From Eledone cirrhosa (Eukaryota), in assembly GCA_964016885.1 (NCBI GenBank), contig OZ024744.1, positions 121,520,001-121,584,000 on the forward strand: a stretch of 64,000 nucleotides of DNA, given 5' to 3'. A program made the position numbers and the translations under genes. Below the pieces are notes generated by a model. The model was given only the letters and a program-made list of their open reading frames with translations, had not been told where the DNA came from and searched no databases. Below are positions 1 to 12,400 of this stretch, one piece after another. Each line of letters opens with the position of its first letter. The first letter of the stretch is position 1.

Positions 1-1199
1 AGTGTGTAGGAGAGGAGACTGTGTTGGTATAGATATGTGATGTGTATGGATGAACTGAGAGAAAAACCGGCTATAAGAGGAATCAGATGTAGTGTGTAGG
101 AGAGGAGACTGTGTTGGTATAGACATGTGATGTTTATGGATGAACTGAGAGAGAAACTGGGTATAAGAGGAATCAGATGTAGTGTGTAGGAGAGGAGACT
201 GTGTTGGTGTAGACATGTAATGTGTATGGATGAACTGAGGGAGAAACTGGGTATCAGAGGAATCAGATGTAATGTGTAGGAGAGGAGACTGTGTTGGTAT
301 AGACATGTGATGTGTATGGATGAACAGAGAGGGAAACTCGGTATAAGAGGAATCAGATGTAGTGTGTAGGAGAGGAGAGAGTGTTGGTATAGACATGTGA
401 TGTGAATGGATGAACTGAGAGAGAAACTAGGTATAAGAGGAATCAGATGAAGGAGAGGAGACTGTGTTGGTATAGACATGTGATGTGTATGGATGAACTG
501 AGGGAGAAATTGGGAATAAAAGACATCAGATGTAATGTGTAGGAGAGGAGACTGTGTTGGTATAGACATGTGATGTGTATGGATGAACTGAGAGAGAAAT
601 TGGGAATAAAAGGAATCAGATGAAGGAGAGGAGACTGTGTTGGTATAGACATGTGATGTGTATGGATGAACTGAGAGAGAAACTAGACATAAGAGGAATC
701 AGATGTAGGAGAGGAGACTGTGTTGGTATAGACATGTGATGTGTATGGATGAACTGAGAGAGAAACTAGGTATAAGAGGAATCAGATGTAGGAGAGGAGA
801 CTGTGTTGGTATAGACATGGGATGTGTATGGATGAACTGAGAGAGAAACTAGGTATAAGAGGAATCAGATGTAGGAGAGGAGACTGTGTTGGTATAGACA
901 TGTGATGTGTATGGATGAACTGAGAGAGAAACTAGGTATAAGAGGAATCAGATGAAAGAGAGGAGACTGTGTTGGTATAGACATGTGATGTGTATGGATG
1001 AACTGAGAGAGAAACTCGGTATAAGAGGAATCAGATGTAGGAGAGGAGACTGTGTTGTTATAGATATGGGATGTGTATGGATGAACTGAGAGAGAAACTA
1101 GGTATAAGAGGAATCAGATGTAGGAGAGGAGACTGTGTTGGTATAGACGTGTGATGTGTATGGATGAACTGAGAGAGAAACTAGGTATAAGAGGGATCA

Positions 1200-1970
1200 G
1201 ATGTAGTGTGTATGAGAGGAGACTGTGTTGGTATAGACATGTGATGTGTATGGATGAACTGAGAGAGAAACTAGGTATGAGAGGAATCAGATGTAGTGTG
1301 TAGGAGAAGAGACTGTGTTGTGATAGACATGTGATGTGTATGGATGAACTGAGAGAGAAACTAGGTATCAAAGGAATCAGATGTAGTGTGTAGGAGAGGA
1401 GACTGTGTTGGTATAGACATGTGATGTGTGTGGATGAACTGAGGGAGAAATTGGGAATAAGAGGAATCAGATGTAGTGTGTAGGAGAGGAGACTGTGTTG
1501 GTATAGACATGTGATGTGTATGGATGAAGTGAGAGAGAACCTAGGTATAAGAGGAATCAGACTGAGAAAGAAACTAGGTATCAGAGGAATCAGATATAGT
1601 GTGTAGGAGAGAAACAAGATGTAGTGTGTAGTAGAGTTTACTGTGTTGGTATAGACATGTGATGTGTATGAATGAACTGAGAGAGAAACTAGGTATAAGA
1701 GGTATCAGATGTAGTGTGTAGGAGAGGTGACTGTGTTGGTATAGACATGTAATGTGTATGGATGAACTGAGAGAGAACCTAGGTATAAGAGGAATCAGAT
1801 GTAGGAGAGGAGACTGTGTTGGTGTAGACATGTGATGTGTATGGATGAACTGAGAGAGAAACCGGCTATAAGAGGAATCAGATGTAGTATGTGGGAGAGG
1901 AGCCTGTCTTGCTATAGACATGTGATGTGTATGGATGAACTGAGAGAGAAACTAGGTATAAGAGGAATCA
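1200..1970 (+). repeat. Higher-order module A (representative copy): ordered variant monomers surrounding the 33+25-bp truncated doublet
   Basis: Fixed order of diagnostic variants: GTATGAG; GAAGAG/GTGATAG/TATCAAA; GTGTGG/ATTGGGAAT; GAAGTG; 33-mer; 25-mer; TAGTAGAGTTT/GAAT/GGTATC; AGGTGA/GTAAT/ACCT; GTGTAG/ACCGGCT; TATGTGGG/GCCTGTCTTGCT. It recurs wherever the 167-aa and 115-aa ORF pair appears (e.g. 3172, 4531, 11623, 13058, 16662, 30899, 37015, 38367). Confidence 0.92.
1562..1619 (+). repeat. Truncated 33-bp + 25-bp monomer doublet (first of about 32 copies)
   Basis: After GGAATCAGA the sequence reads CTGAGA(G/A)AGAAACTAGGTATCAGAGGAATCAGA (33 nt), then TATAGTGTGTAGGAGAGAAACAAGA (25 nt), and then resumes a full monomer. 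Confidence 0.93.
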
Positions 1971-4900
1971 GATATAGAAGAGGAGACTGTGTTGGTATAG
2001 ACATGGGATGTGTATGGATAAACTGAGAGAGAAACTAGGTGTAAGAGGAATCAGATGAAGGAGAGGAGACTGTGTTGGTATAGACATGTGATGTGTATGG
2101 ATGAACTAAGAGAGAAACTCGGTATAAGAGGAATCAGATGTAGGAGAGGAGACTGTGTTGGTATAGACATGGGATGTGTATGGATGAACTGAGATAGAAA
2201 CTAGGTATAAGAGGAATCAGATGTAGGAGAGGAGATTGTGTTAGTATAGACATGTGATGTGTATGGATGAACTGAGAGAGAAACTAGGTATAAGAGGAAT
2301 CAGATGTAGTGTGTAGGAGAGGAGACTGTGTTGGTATAGACATGTGATGTGTATGGATGAAGTGAGAGATAAACTAGGTATAAGAGGAATCAGACGTAGT
2401 GTGTAGGAGAGGAGACTGTGTTGGTATAGATATTGGGTGTGTATGGATGAACTGAGAGAAAAACCGGCTATAAGAGGAATCAGATGTAGTGTGTAGGAGA
2501 GGAGACTGTGTTGGTATAGACATGTGATGTTTATGGATGAACTGAGAGAGAAACTGGGTATAAGAGGAATCAGATGTAGTGTGTAGGAGAGGAGACTGTG
2601 TTGGTGTAGACATGTAATGTGTATGGATGAACTGAGGGAGAAACTGGGTATCAGAGGAATCAGATGTAATGTGTAGGAGAGGAGACTGTGTTGGTATAGA
2701 CATGTGATGTGTATGGATGAACAGAGAGGGAAACTCGGTATAAGAGGAATCAGATGTAGTGTGTAGGAGAGGAGAGAGTGTTGGTATAGACATGTGATGT
2801 GAATGGATGAACTGAGAGAGAAATTAGGTATAAGAGGAATCAGATGAAGGAGAGGAGACTGTGTTGGTATAGACATGTGATGTGTATGGATGAACTGAGA
2901 GAGAAACTAGGTATAAGAGGAATCAGATGTAGGAGAGGAGACTGTGTTGGTATAGACATGGGATGTGTATGGATGAACTGAGAGAGAAACTAGGTATAAG
3001 AGGAATCAGATGTAGGAGAGGAGACTGTGTTGGTATAGACATGTGATGTGTATGGATGAACTGAGAGAGAAACTAAGTATAAGAGGAATCAGATGAAGGA
3101 GAGGAGACTGTGTTGGTATAGACATGTGATGTGTATGGATGAACTGAGAGAGAAACTCGGTATAAGAGGAATCAGATGTAGGAGAGGAGACTGTGTTGGT
3201 ATAGACATGTGATGTGGATGGATGAACTGAGAGAGAAACTAGGTATAAGAGGGATCAGATGTAGTGTGTATGAGAGGAGACTGTGTTGGTATAGACATGT
3301 GATGTGTATGGATGAACTGAGAGAGAAACTAGGTATGAGAGGAATCAGATGTAGTGTGTAGGAGAAGAGACTGTGTTGTGATAGACATGTGATGTGTATG
3401 GATGAACTGAGAGAGAAACTAGGTATCAAAGGAATCAGATGTAGTGTGTAGGAGAGGAGACTGTGTTGGTATAGACATGTGATGTGTGTGGATGAACTGA
3501 GGGAGAAATTGGGAATAAGAGGAATCAGATGTAGTGTGTAGGAGAGGAGACTGTGTTGGTATAGACATGTGATGTGTATGGATGAAGTGAGAGAGAACCT
3601 AGGTATAAGAGGAATCAGACTGAGAGAGAAACTAGGTATCAGAGGAATCAGATATAGTGTGTAGGAGAGAAACAAGATGTAGTGTGTAGTAGAGTTTACT
3701 GTGTTGGTATAGACATGTGATGTGTATGAATGAACTGAGAGAGAAACTAGGTATAAGAGGTATCAGATGTAGTGTGTAGGAGAGGTGACTGTGTTGGTAT
3801 AGACATGTAATGTGTATGGATGAACTGAGAGAGAACCTAGGTATAAGAGGAATCAGATGTAGGAGAGGAGACTGTGTTGGTGTAGACATGTGATGTGTAT
3901 GGATGAACTGAGAGAGAAACCGGCTATAAGAGGAATCAGATGTAGTATGTGGGAGAGGAGCCTGTCTTGCTATAGACATGTGATGTGTATGGATGAACTG
4001 AGAGAGAAACTAGGTATAAGAGGAATCAGATGTAGGAGAGGAGACTGTGTTGGTATAGACATGGGATGTGTATGGATGAACTGAGATAGAAACTAGGTAT
4101 AAGAGGAATCAGATGTAGGAGAGGAGACTGTGTTAGTATAGACATGTGATGTGTATGGATGAACTGAGAGAGAAACTAGGTATAAGAGGAATCAGATGTA
4201 GTGTGTAGGAGAGGAGACTGTGTTGGTATAGACATGTGATGTGTATGGATGAAGTGAGAGAGAAACTAGGTATAAGAGGAATCAGATATAGGAGAGGAGA
4301 CTGTGTTGGTATAGACATGTGATGTGTATGGATGAACTGAGAGAGAAACTAGGTATAAGAGGAATCAGATGAAGGAGAGGAGACTGTGTTGGTATAGACA
4401 TGTGATGTGTATGGATGAACTGAGAGAGAAACTCGGTATAAGAGGAATCAGATGTAGGAGAGGAGACTGTGTTGGTATAGACATGGGATGTGTATGGATG
4501 AACTGAGATAGAAACTAGGTATAAGAGGAATCAGATGTAGGAGAGGAGACTGTGTTGGTATAGACGTGTGATGTGTATGGATGAACTGAGAGAGAAACTA
4601 GGTATAAGAGGGATCAGATGTAGTGTGTATGAGAGGAGACTGTGTTGGTATAGACATGTGATGTGTATGGATGAACTGAGAGAGAAACTAGGTATGAGAG
4701 GAATCAGATGTAGTGTGTAGGAGAAGAGACTGTGTTGTGATAGACATGTGATGTGTATGGATGAACTGAGAGAGAAACTAGGTATCAAAGGAATCAGATG
4801 TAGTGTGTAGGAGAGGAGACTGTGTTGGTATAGACATGTGATGTGTGTGGATGAACTGAGGGAGAAATTGGGAATAAGAGGAATCAGATGTAGTGTGTAG

Positions 4901-5719
4901 GAGAGGAGACTGTGTTGGTATAGACATGTGATGTGTATGGATGAAGTGAGAGAGAATCTAGGTATAAGAGGAATCAGACTGAGAGAGAAACTAGGTATCA
5001 GAGGAATCAGATATAGTGTGTAGGAGAGAAACAAGATGTAGTGTGTAGTAGAGTTTACTGTGTTGGTATAGACATGTGATGTGTATGAATGAACTGAGAG
5101 AGAAACTAGGTATAAGAGGTATCAGATGTAGTGTGTAGGAGAGGTGACTGTGTTGGTATAGACATGTAATGTGTATGGATGAACTGAGAGAGAACCTAGG
5201 TATAAGAGGAATCAGATGTAGGAGAGGAGACTGTGTTGGTGTAGACATGTGATGTGTATGGATGAACTGAGAGAGAAACCGGCTATAAGAGGAATCAGAT
5301 GTAGTATGTGGGAGAGGAGCCTGTCTTGCTATAGACATGTGATGTGTATGGATGAACTGAGAGAGAAACTAGGTATAAGAGGAATCAGATATAGAAGAGG
5401 AGACTGTGTTGGTATAGACATGGGATGTGTATGGATAAACTGAGAGAGAAACTAGGTGTAAGAGGAATCAGATGAAGGAGAGGAGACTGTGTTGGTATAG
5501 ACATGTGATGTGTATGGATGAACTAAGAGAGAAACTCGGTATAAGAGGAATCAGATGTAGGAGAGGAGACTGTGTTGGTATAGACATGGGATGTGTATGG
5601 ATGAACTGAGATAGAAACTAGGTATAAGAGGAATCAGATGTAGGAGAGGAGACTGTGTTAGTATAGACATGTGATGTGTATGGATGAACTGAGAGAGAAA
5701 CTAGGTATAAGAGGAATCA

Positions 5720-6432
5720 GATGTAGTGTGTAGGAGAGGAGACTGTGTTGGTATAGACATGTGATGTGTATGGATGAAGTGAGAGATAAACTAGGTATAA
5801 GAGGAATCAGACGTAGTGTGTAGGAGAGGAGACTGTGTTGGTATAGATATGTGATGTGTATGGATGAACTGAGAGAAAAACCGGCTATAAGAGGAATCAG
5901 ATGTAGTGTGTAGGAGAGGAGACTGTGTTGGTATAGACATGTGATGTTTATGGATGAACTGAGAGAGAAACTGGGTATAAGAGGAATCAGATGTAGTGTG
6001 TAGGAGAGGAGACTGTGTTGGTGTAGACATGTAATGTGTATGGATGAACTGAGGGAGAAACTGGGTATCAGAGGAATCAGATGTAATGTGTAGGAGAGGA
6101 GACTGTGTTGGTATAGACATGTGATGTGTATGGATGAACAGAGAGGGAAACTCGGTATAAGAGGAATCAGATGTAGTGTGTAGGAGAGGAGAGAGTGTTG
6201 GTATAGACATGTGATGTGAATGGATGAACTGAGAGAGAAACTAGGTATAAGAGGAATCAGATGAAGGAGAGGAGACTGTGTTGGTATAGACATGTGATGT
6301 GTATGGATGAACTGAGGGAGAAATTGGGAATAAAAGACATCAGATGTAATGTGTAGGAGAGGAGACTGTGTTGGTATAGACATGTGATGTGTATGGATGA
6401 ACTGAGAGAGAAATTGGGAATAAAAGGAATCA
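5720..6432 (+). repeat. Higher-order module B (representative copy): ordered, mostly 90-bp variant monomers
   Basis: Fixed order: GAAGTG/GATAAAC/GACGT; GATAT/AAAAACCGGC; GTTTAT/ACTGGG; GTGTAG/GTAAT/GAGGG; TAAT/ACAGAGAGGG/CTCGG; GAGAGAGT/GAATGG; ATTGGGAATAAAAGACATC; ATTGGGAATAAAAGG. Also at about 1-620, 2305 and 8808, with expanded versions at about 18380, 21610, 24495, 32615, 40940, 43015, 52180, 56250 and 61675. Confidence 0.9.
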
Positions 6433-9400
6433 GATGAAGGAGAGGAGACTGTGTTGGTATAGACATGTGATGTGTATGGATGAACTGAGAGAGAAACTAG
6501 ACATAAGAGGAATCAGATGTAGGAGAGGAGACTGTGTTGGTATAGACATGTGATGTGTATGGATGAACTGAGAGAGAAACTAGGTATAAGAGGAATCAGA
6601 TGTAGGAGAGGAGACTGTGTTGGTATAGACATGGGATGTGTATGGATGAACTGAGAGAGAAACTAGGTATAAGAGGAATCAGATGTAGGAGAGGAGACTG
6701 TGTTGGTATAGACATGTGATGTGTATGGATGAACTGAGAGAGAAACTAGGTATAAGAGGAATCAGATGAAGGAGAGGAGACTGTGTTGGTGTAGACATGT
6801 GATGTGTATGGATGAACTGAGAGAGAAACCGGCTATAAGAGGAATCAGATGTAGTATGTGGGAGAGGAGCCTGTCTTGCTATAGACATGTGATGTGTATG
6901 GATGAACTGAGAGAGAAACTAGGTATAAGAGGTATCAGATGTAGTGTGTAGTAGAGTTTACTGTGTTGGTATAGACATGTGATGTGTATGAATGAACTGA
7001 GAGAGAAACTAGGTATAAGAGGTATCAGATGTAGTGTGTAGGAGAGGTGACTGTGTTGGTATAGACATGTAATGTGTATGGATGAACTGAGAGAGAACCT
7101 AGGTATAAGAGGAATCAGATGTAGGAGAGGAGACTGTGTTGGTGTAGACATGTGATGTGTATGGATGAACTGAGAGAGAACCGGCTATAAGAGGAATCAG
7201 ATGTAGTATGTGGGAGAGGAGCCTGTCTTGCTATAGACATGTGATGTGTATGGATGAACTGAGAGAGAAACTAGGTATAAGAGGAATCAGATGTAGGAGA
7301 GGAGACTGTGTTGGTATAGACATGGGATGTGTATGGATGAACTGAGATAGAAACTAGGTATAAGAGGAATCAGATTTAGGAGAGGAGACTGTGTTAGTAT
7401 AGACATGTGATGTGTATGGATGAACTGAGAGAGAAACTAGGTATAAGAGGAATCAGATGTAGTGTGTAGGAGAGGAGACTGTGTTGGTATAGACATGTGA
7501 TGTGTATGGATGAAGTGAGAGAGAAACTAGGTATAAGAGGAATCAGATATAGGAGAGGAGACTGTGTTGGTATAGACATGTGATGTGTATGGATGAACTG
7601 AGAGAGAAACTCGGTATAAGAGGAATCAGATGTAGGAGAGGAGACTGTGTTGGTATAGACATGGGATGTGTATGGATGAACTGAGAGAGAAACTAGGTAT
7701 AAGAGGAATCAGATGTAGGAGAGGAGACTGTGTTGGTATAGACATGTGATGTGTATGGATGAACTGAGAGAGAAACTAGGTATAAGAGGAATCAGATGAA
7801 GGAGAGGAGACTGTGTTGGTATAGACATGTGATGTGTATGGATGAACTGAGAGAGAAACTCGGTATAAGAGGAATCAGATGTAGGAGAGGAGACTGTGTT
7901 GGTATAGACATGGGATGTGTATGGATGAACTGAGATAGAAACTAGGTATAAGAGGAATCAGATGTAGGAGAGGAGACTGTGTTGGTATAGACGTGTGATG
8001 TGTATGGATGAACTGAGAGAGAAACTAGGTATAAGAGGGATCAGATGTAGTGTGTATGAGAGGAGACTGTGTTGGTATAGACATGTGATGTGTATGGATG
8101 AACTGAGAGAGAAACTAGGTATGAGAGGAATCAGATGTAGTGTGTAGGAGAAGAGACTGTGTTGTGATAGACATGTGATGTGTATGGATGAACTGAGAGA
8201 GAAACTAGGTATCAAAGGAATCAGATGTAGTGTGTAGGAGAGGAGACTGTGTTGGTATAGACATGTGATGTGTGTGGATGAACTGAGGGAGAAATTGGGA
8301 ATAAGAGGAATCAGATGTAGTGTGTAGGAGAGGAGACTGTGTTGGTATAGACATGTGATGTGTATGGATGAAGTGAGAGAGAATCTAGGTATAAGAGGAA
8401 TCAGACTGAGAGAGAAACTAGGTATCAGAGGAATCAGATATAGTGTGTAGGAGAGAAACAAGATGTAGTGTGTAGTAGAGTTTACTGTGTTGGTATAGAC
8501 ATGTGATGTGTATGAATGAACTGAGAGAGAAACTAGGTATAAGAGGTATCAGATGTAGTGTGTAGGAGAGGTGACTGTGTTGGTATAGACATGTAATGTG
8601 TATGGATGAACTGAGAGAGAACCTAGGTATAAGAGGAATCAGATGTAGGAGAGGAGACTGTGTTGGTATAGACATGGGATGTGTATGGATGAACTGAGAT
8701 AGAAACTAGGTATAAGAGGAATCAGATGTAGGAGAGGAGACTGTGTTAGTATAGACATGTGATGTGTATGGATGAACTGAGAGAGAAACTAGGTATAAGA
8801 GGAATCAGATGTAGTGTGTAGGAGAGGAGACTGTGTTGGTATAGACATGTGATGTGTATGGATGAAGTGAGAGATAAACTAGGTATAAGAGGAATCAGAC
8901 GTAGTGTGTAGGAGAGGAGACTGTGTTGGTATAGATATGTGATGTGTATGGATGAACTGAGAGAAAAACCGGCTATAAGAGGAATCAGATGTAGTGTGTA
9001 GGAGAGGAGACTGTGTTGGTATAGACATGTGATGTTTATGGATGAACTGAGAGAGAAACTGGGTATAAGAGGAATCAGATGTAGTGTGTAGGAGAGGAGA
9101 CTGTGTTGGTGTAGACATGTAATGTGTATGGATGAACTGAGGGAGAAACTGGGTATCAGAGGAATCAGATGTAATGTGTAGGAGAGGAGACTGTGTTGGT
9201 ATAGACATGTGATGTGTATGGATGAACAGAGAGGGAAACTCGGTATAAGAGGAATCAGATGTAGTGTGTAGGAGAGGAGAGAGTGTTGGTATAGACATGT
9301 GATGTGAATGGATGAACTGAGAGAGAAACTAGGTATAAGAGGAATCAGATGAAGGAGAGGAGACTGTGTTGGTATAGACATGTGATGTGTATGGATGAAC

Positions 9401-12400
9401 TGAGGGAGAAATTGGGAATAAAAGACATCAGATGTAATGTGTAGGAGAGGAGACTGTGTTGGTATAGACATGTGATGTGTATGGATGAACTGAGAGAGAA
9501 ATTGGGAATAAAAGGAATCAGATGAAGGAGAGGAGACTGTGTTGGTATAGACATGTGATGTGTATGGATGAACTGAGAGAGAAACTAGACATAAGAGGAA
9601 TCAGATGTAGGAGAGGAGACTGTGTTGGTATAGACATGTGATGTGTATGGATGAACTGAGAGAGAAACTAGGTATAAGAGGAATCAGATGTAGGAGAGGA
9701 GACTGTGTTGGTATAGACATGGGATGTGTATGGATGAACTGAGAGAGAAACTAGGTATAAGAGGAATCAGATGTAGGAGAGGAGACTGTGTTGGTATAGA
9801 CATGTGATGTGTATGGATGAACTGAGAGAGAAACTAGGTATAAGAGGAATCAGATGAAGGAGAGGAGACTGTGTTGGTGTAGACATGTGATGTGTATGGA
9901 TGAACTGAGAGAGAAACCGGCTATAAGAGGAATCAGATGTAGTATGTGGGAGAGGAGCCTGTCTTGCTATAGACATGTGATGTGTATGGATGAACTGAGA
10001 GAGAAACTAGGTATAAGAGGTATCAGATGTAGTGTGTAGTAGAGTTTACTGTGTTGGTATAGACATGTGATGTGTATGAATGAACTGAGAGAGAAACTAG
10101 GTATAAGAGGTATCAGATGTAGTGTGTAGGAGAGGTGACTGTGTTGGTATAGACATGTAATGTGTATGGATGAACTGAGAGAGAACCTAGGTATAAGAGG
10201 AATCAGATGTAGGAGAGGAGACTGTGTTGGTGTAGACATGTGATGTGTATGGATGAACTGAGAGAGAAACCGGCTATAAGAGGAATCAGATGTAGTATGT
10301 GGGAGAGGAGCCTGTTTTGCTATAGACATGTGATGTGTATGGATGAACTGAGAGAGAAACTAGGTATAAGAGGAATCAGATATAGGAGAGGAGACTGTGT
10401 TGGTATAGACATGGGATGTGTATGGATAAACTCAGAGAGAAACTAGGTATAAGAGGAATCAGATGAAGGAGAGGAGACTGTGTTGGTATAGACATGTGAT
10501 GTGTATGGATGAAGTGAGAGAGAACCTAGGTATAAGAGGAATCAGACTGAGAGAGAAACTAGGTATCAGAGGAATCAGATATAGTGTGTAGGAGAGAAAC
10601 AAGATGTAGTGTGTAGTAGAGTTTACTGTGTTGGTATAGACATGTGATGTGTATGAATGAACTGAGAGAGAAACTAGGTATAAGAGGTATCAGATGTAGT
10701 GTGTAGGAGAGGTGACTGTGTTGGTATAGACATGTAATGTGTATGGATGAACTGAGAGAGAACCTAGGTATAAGAGGAATCAGATGTAGGAGAGGAGACT
10801 GTGTTGGTGTAGACATGTGATGTGTATGGATGAACTGAGAGAGAACCGGCTATAAGAGGAATCAGATGTAGTATGTGGGAGAGGAGCCTGTCTTGCTATA
10901 GACATGTGATGTGTATGGATGAACTGAGAGAGAAACTAGGTATAAGAGGAATCAGATGTAGGAGAGGAGACTGTGTTGGTATAGACATGGGATGTGTATG
11001 GATGAACTGAGATAGAAACTAGGTATAAGAGGAATCAGATTTAGGAGAGGAGACTGTGTTAGTATAGACATGTGATGTGTATGGATGAACTGAGAGAGAA
11101 ACTAGGTATAAGAGGAATCAGATGTAGTGTGTAGGAGAGGAGACTGTGTTGGTATAGACATGTGATGTGTATGGATGAAGTGAGAGAGAAACTAGGTATA
11201 AGAGGAATCAGATATAGGAGAGGAGACTGTGTTGGTATAGACATGTGATGTGTATGGATGAACTGAGAGAGAAACTCGGTATAAGAGGAATCAGATGTAG
11301 GAGAGGAGACTGTGTTGGTATAGACATGGGATGTGTATGGATGAACTGAGAGAGAAACTAGGTATAAGAGGAATCAGATGTAGGAGAGGAGATTGTGTTG
11401 GTATAGACATGTGATGTGTATGGATGAACTGAGAGAGAAACTAGGTATAAGAGGAATCAGATGAAGGAGAGGAGACTGTGTTGGTATAGACATGTGATGT
11501 GTATGGATGAACTGAGAGAGAAACTCGGTATAAGAGGAATCAGATGTAGGAGAGGAGACTGTGTTGGTATAGACATGGGATGTGTATGGATGAACTGAGA
11601 TAGAAACTAGGTATAAGAGGAATCAGATGTAGGAGAGGAGACTGTGTTGGTATAGACGTGTGATGTGTATGGATGAACTGAGAGAGAAACTAGGTATAAG
11701 AGGGATCAGATGTAGTGTGTATGAGAGGAGACTGTGTTGGTATAGACATGTGATGTGTATGGATGAACTGAGAGAGAAACTAGGTATGAGAGGAATCAGA
11801 TGTAGTGTGTAGGAGAAGAGACTGTGTTGTGATAGACATGTGATGTGTATGGATGAACTGAGAGAGAAACTAGGTATCAAAGGAATCAGATGTAGTGTGT
11901 AGGAGAGGAGACTGTGTTGGTATAGACATGTGATGTGTGTGGATGAACTGAGGGAGAAATTGGGAATAAGAGGAATCAGATGTAGTGTGTAGGAGAGGAG
12001 ACTGTGTTGGTATAGACATGTGATGTGTATGGATGAAGTGAGAGAGAATCTAGGTATAAGAGGAATCAGACTGAGAGAGAAACTAGGTATCAGAGGAATC
12101 AGATATAGTGTGTAGGAGAGAAACAAGATGTAGTGTGTAGTAGAGTTTACTGTGTTGGTATAGACATGTGATGTGTATGAATGAACTGAGAGAGAAACTA
12201 GGTATAAGAGGTATCAGATGTAGTGTGTAGGAGAGGTGACTGTGTTGGTATAGACATGTAATGTGTATGGATGAACTGAGAGAGAACCTAGGTATAAGAG
12301 GAATCAGATGTAGGAGAGGAGACTGTGTTGGTGTAGACATGTGATGTGTATGGATGAACTGAGAGAGAAACCGGCTATAAGAGGAATCAGATGTAGTATG

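Noticed and set aside
140-165. Satellite-encoded hammerhead ribozyme (CTGAGAGAGAAAC resembles CUGANGA...GAAAC, as in newt and schistosome satellites)
   Set aside because: It does not match CUGANGA, there is no room for stem II before GAAA, and the C-poor strand cannot form stems I and III. The minus strand has CTGATTC and no GAAA. An Infernal/Rfam scan would settle it.
121-180. E-box motifs (CATGTG, CAGATG), ACATGT palindrome, partial p53 half-sites and TATAAG as regulatory sites
   Set aside because: Short motifs are expected by chance and are multiplied only by the repeat. The p53-like matches fail the YYY positions, and there is no gene context.
2430-2440. Singleton variant TATTGGGTGT and other one-off substitutions
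   Set aside because: Each is seen only once and cannot be distinguished from private mutation or sequencing/consensus error.
2241-2876. C2H2 zinc-finger (PRDM9-like) coding minisatellite, suggested by the ~84-bp unit and Cys/His residues
   Set aside because: Units are 83 and 90 bp rather than 84 bp. There is no CxxC...HxxxH spacing and no TGEKP linker.
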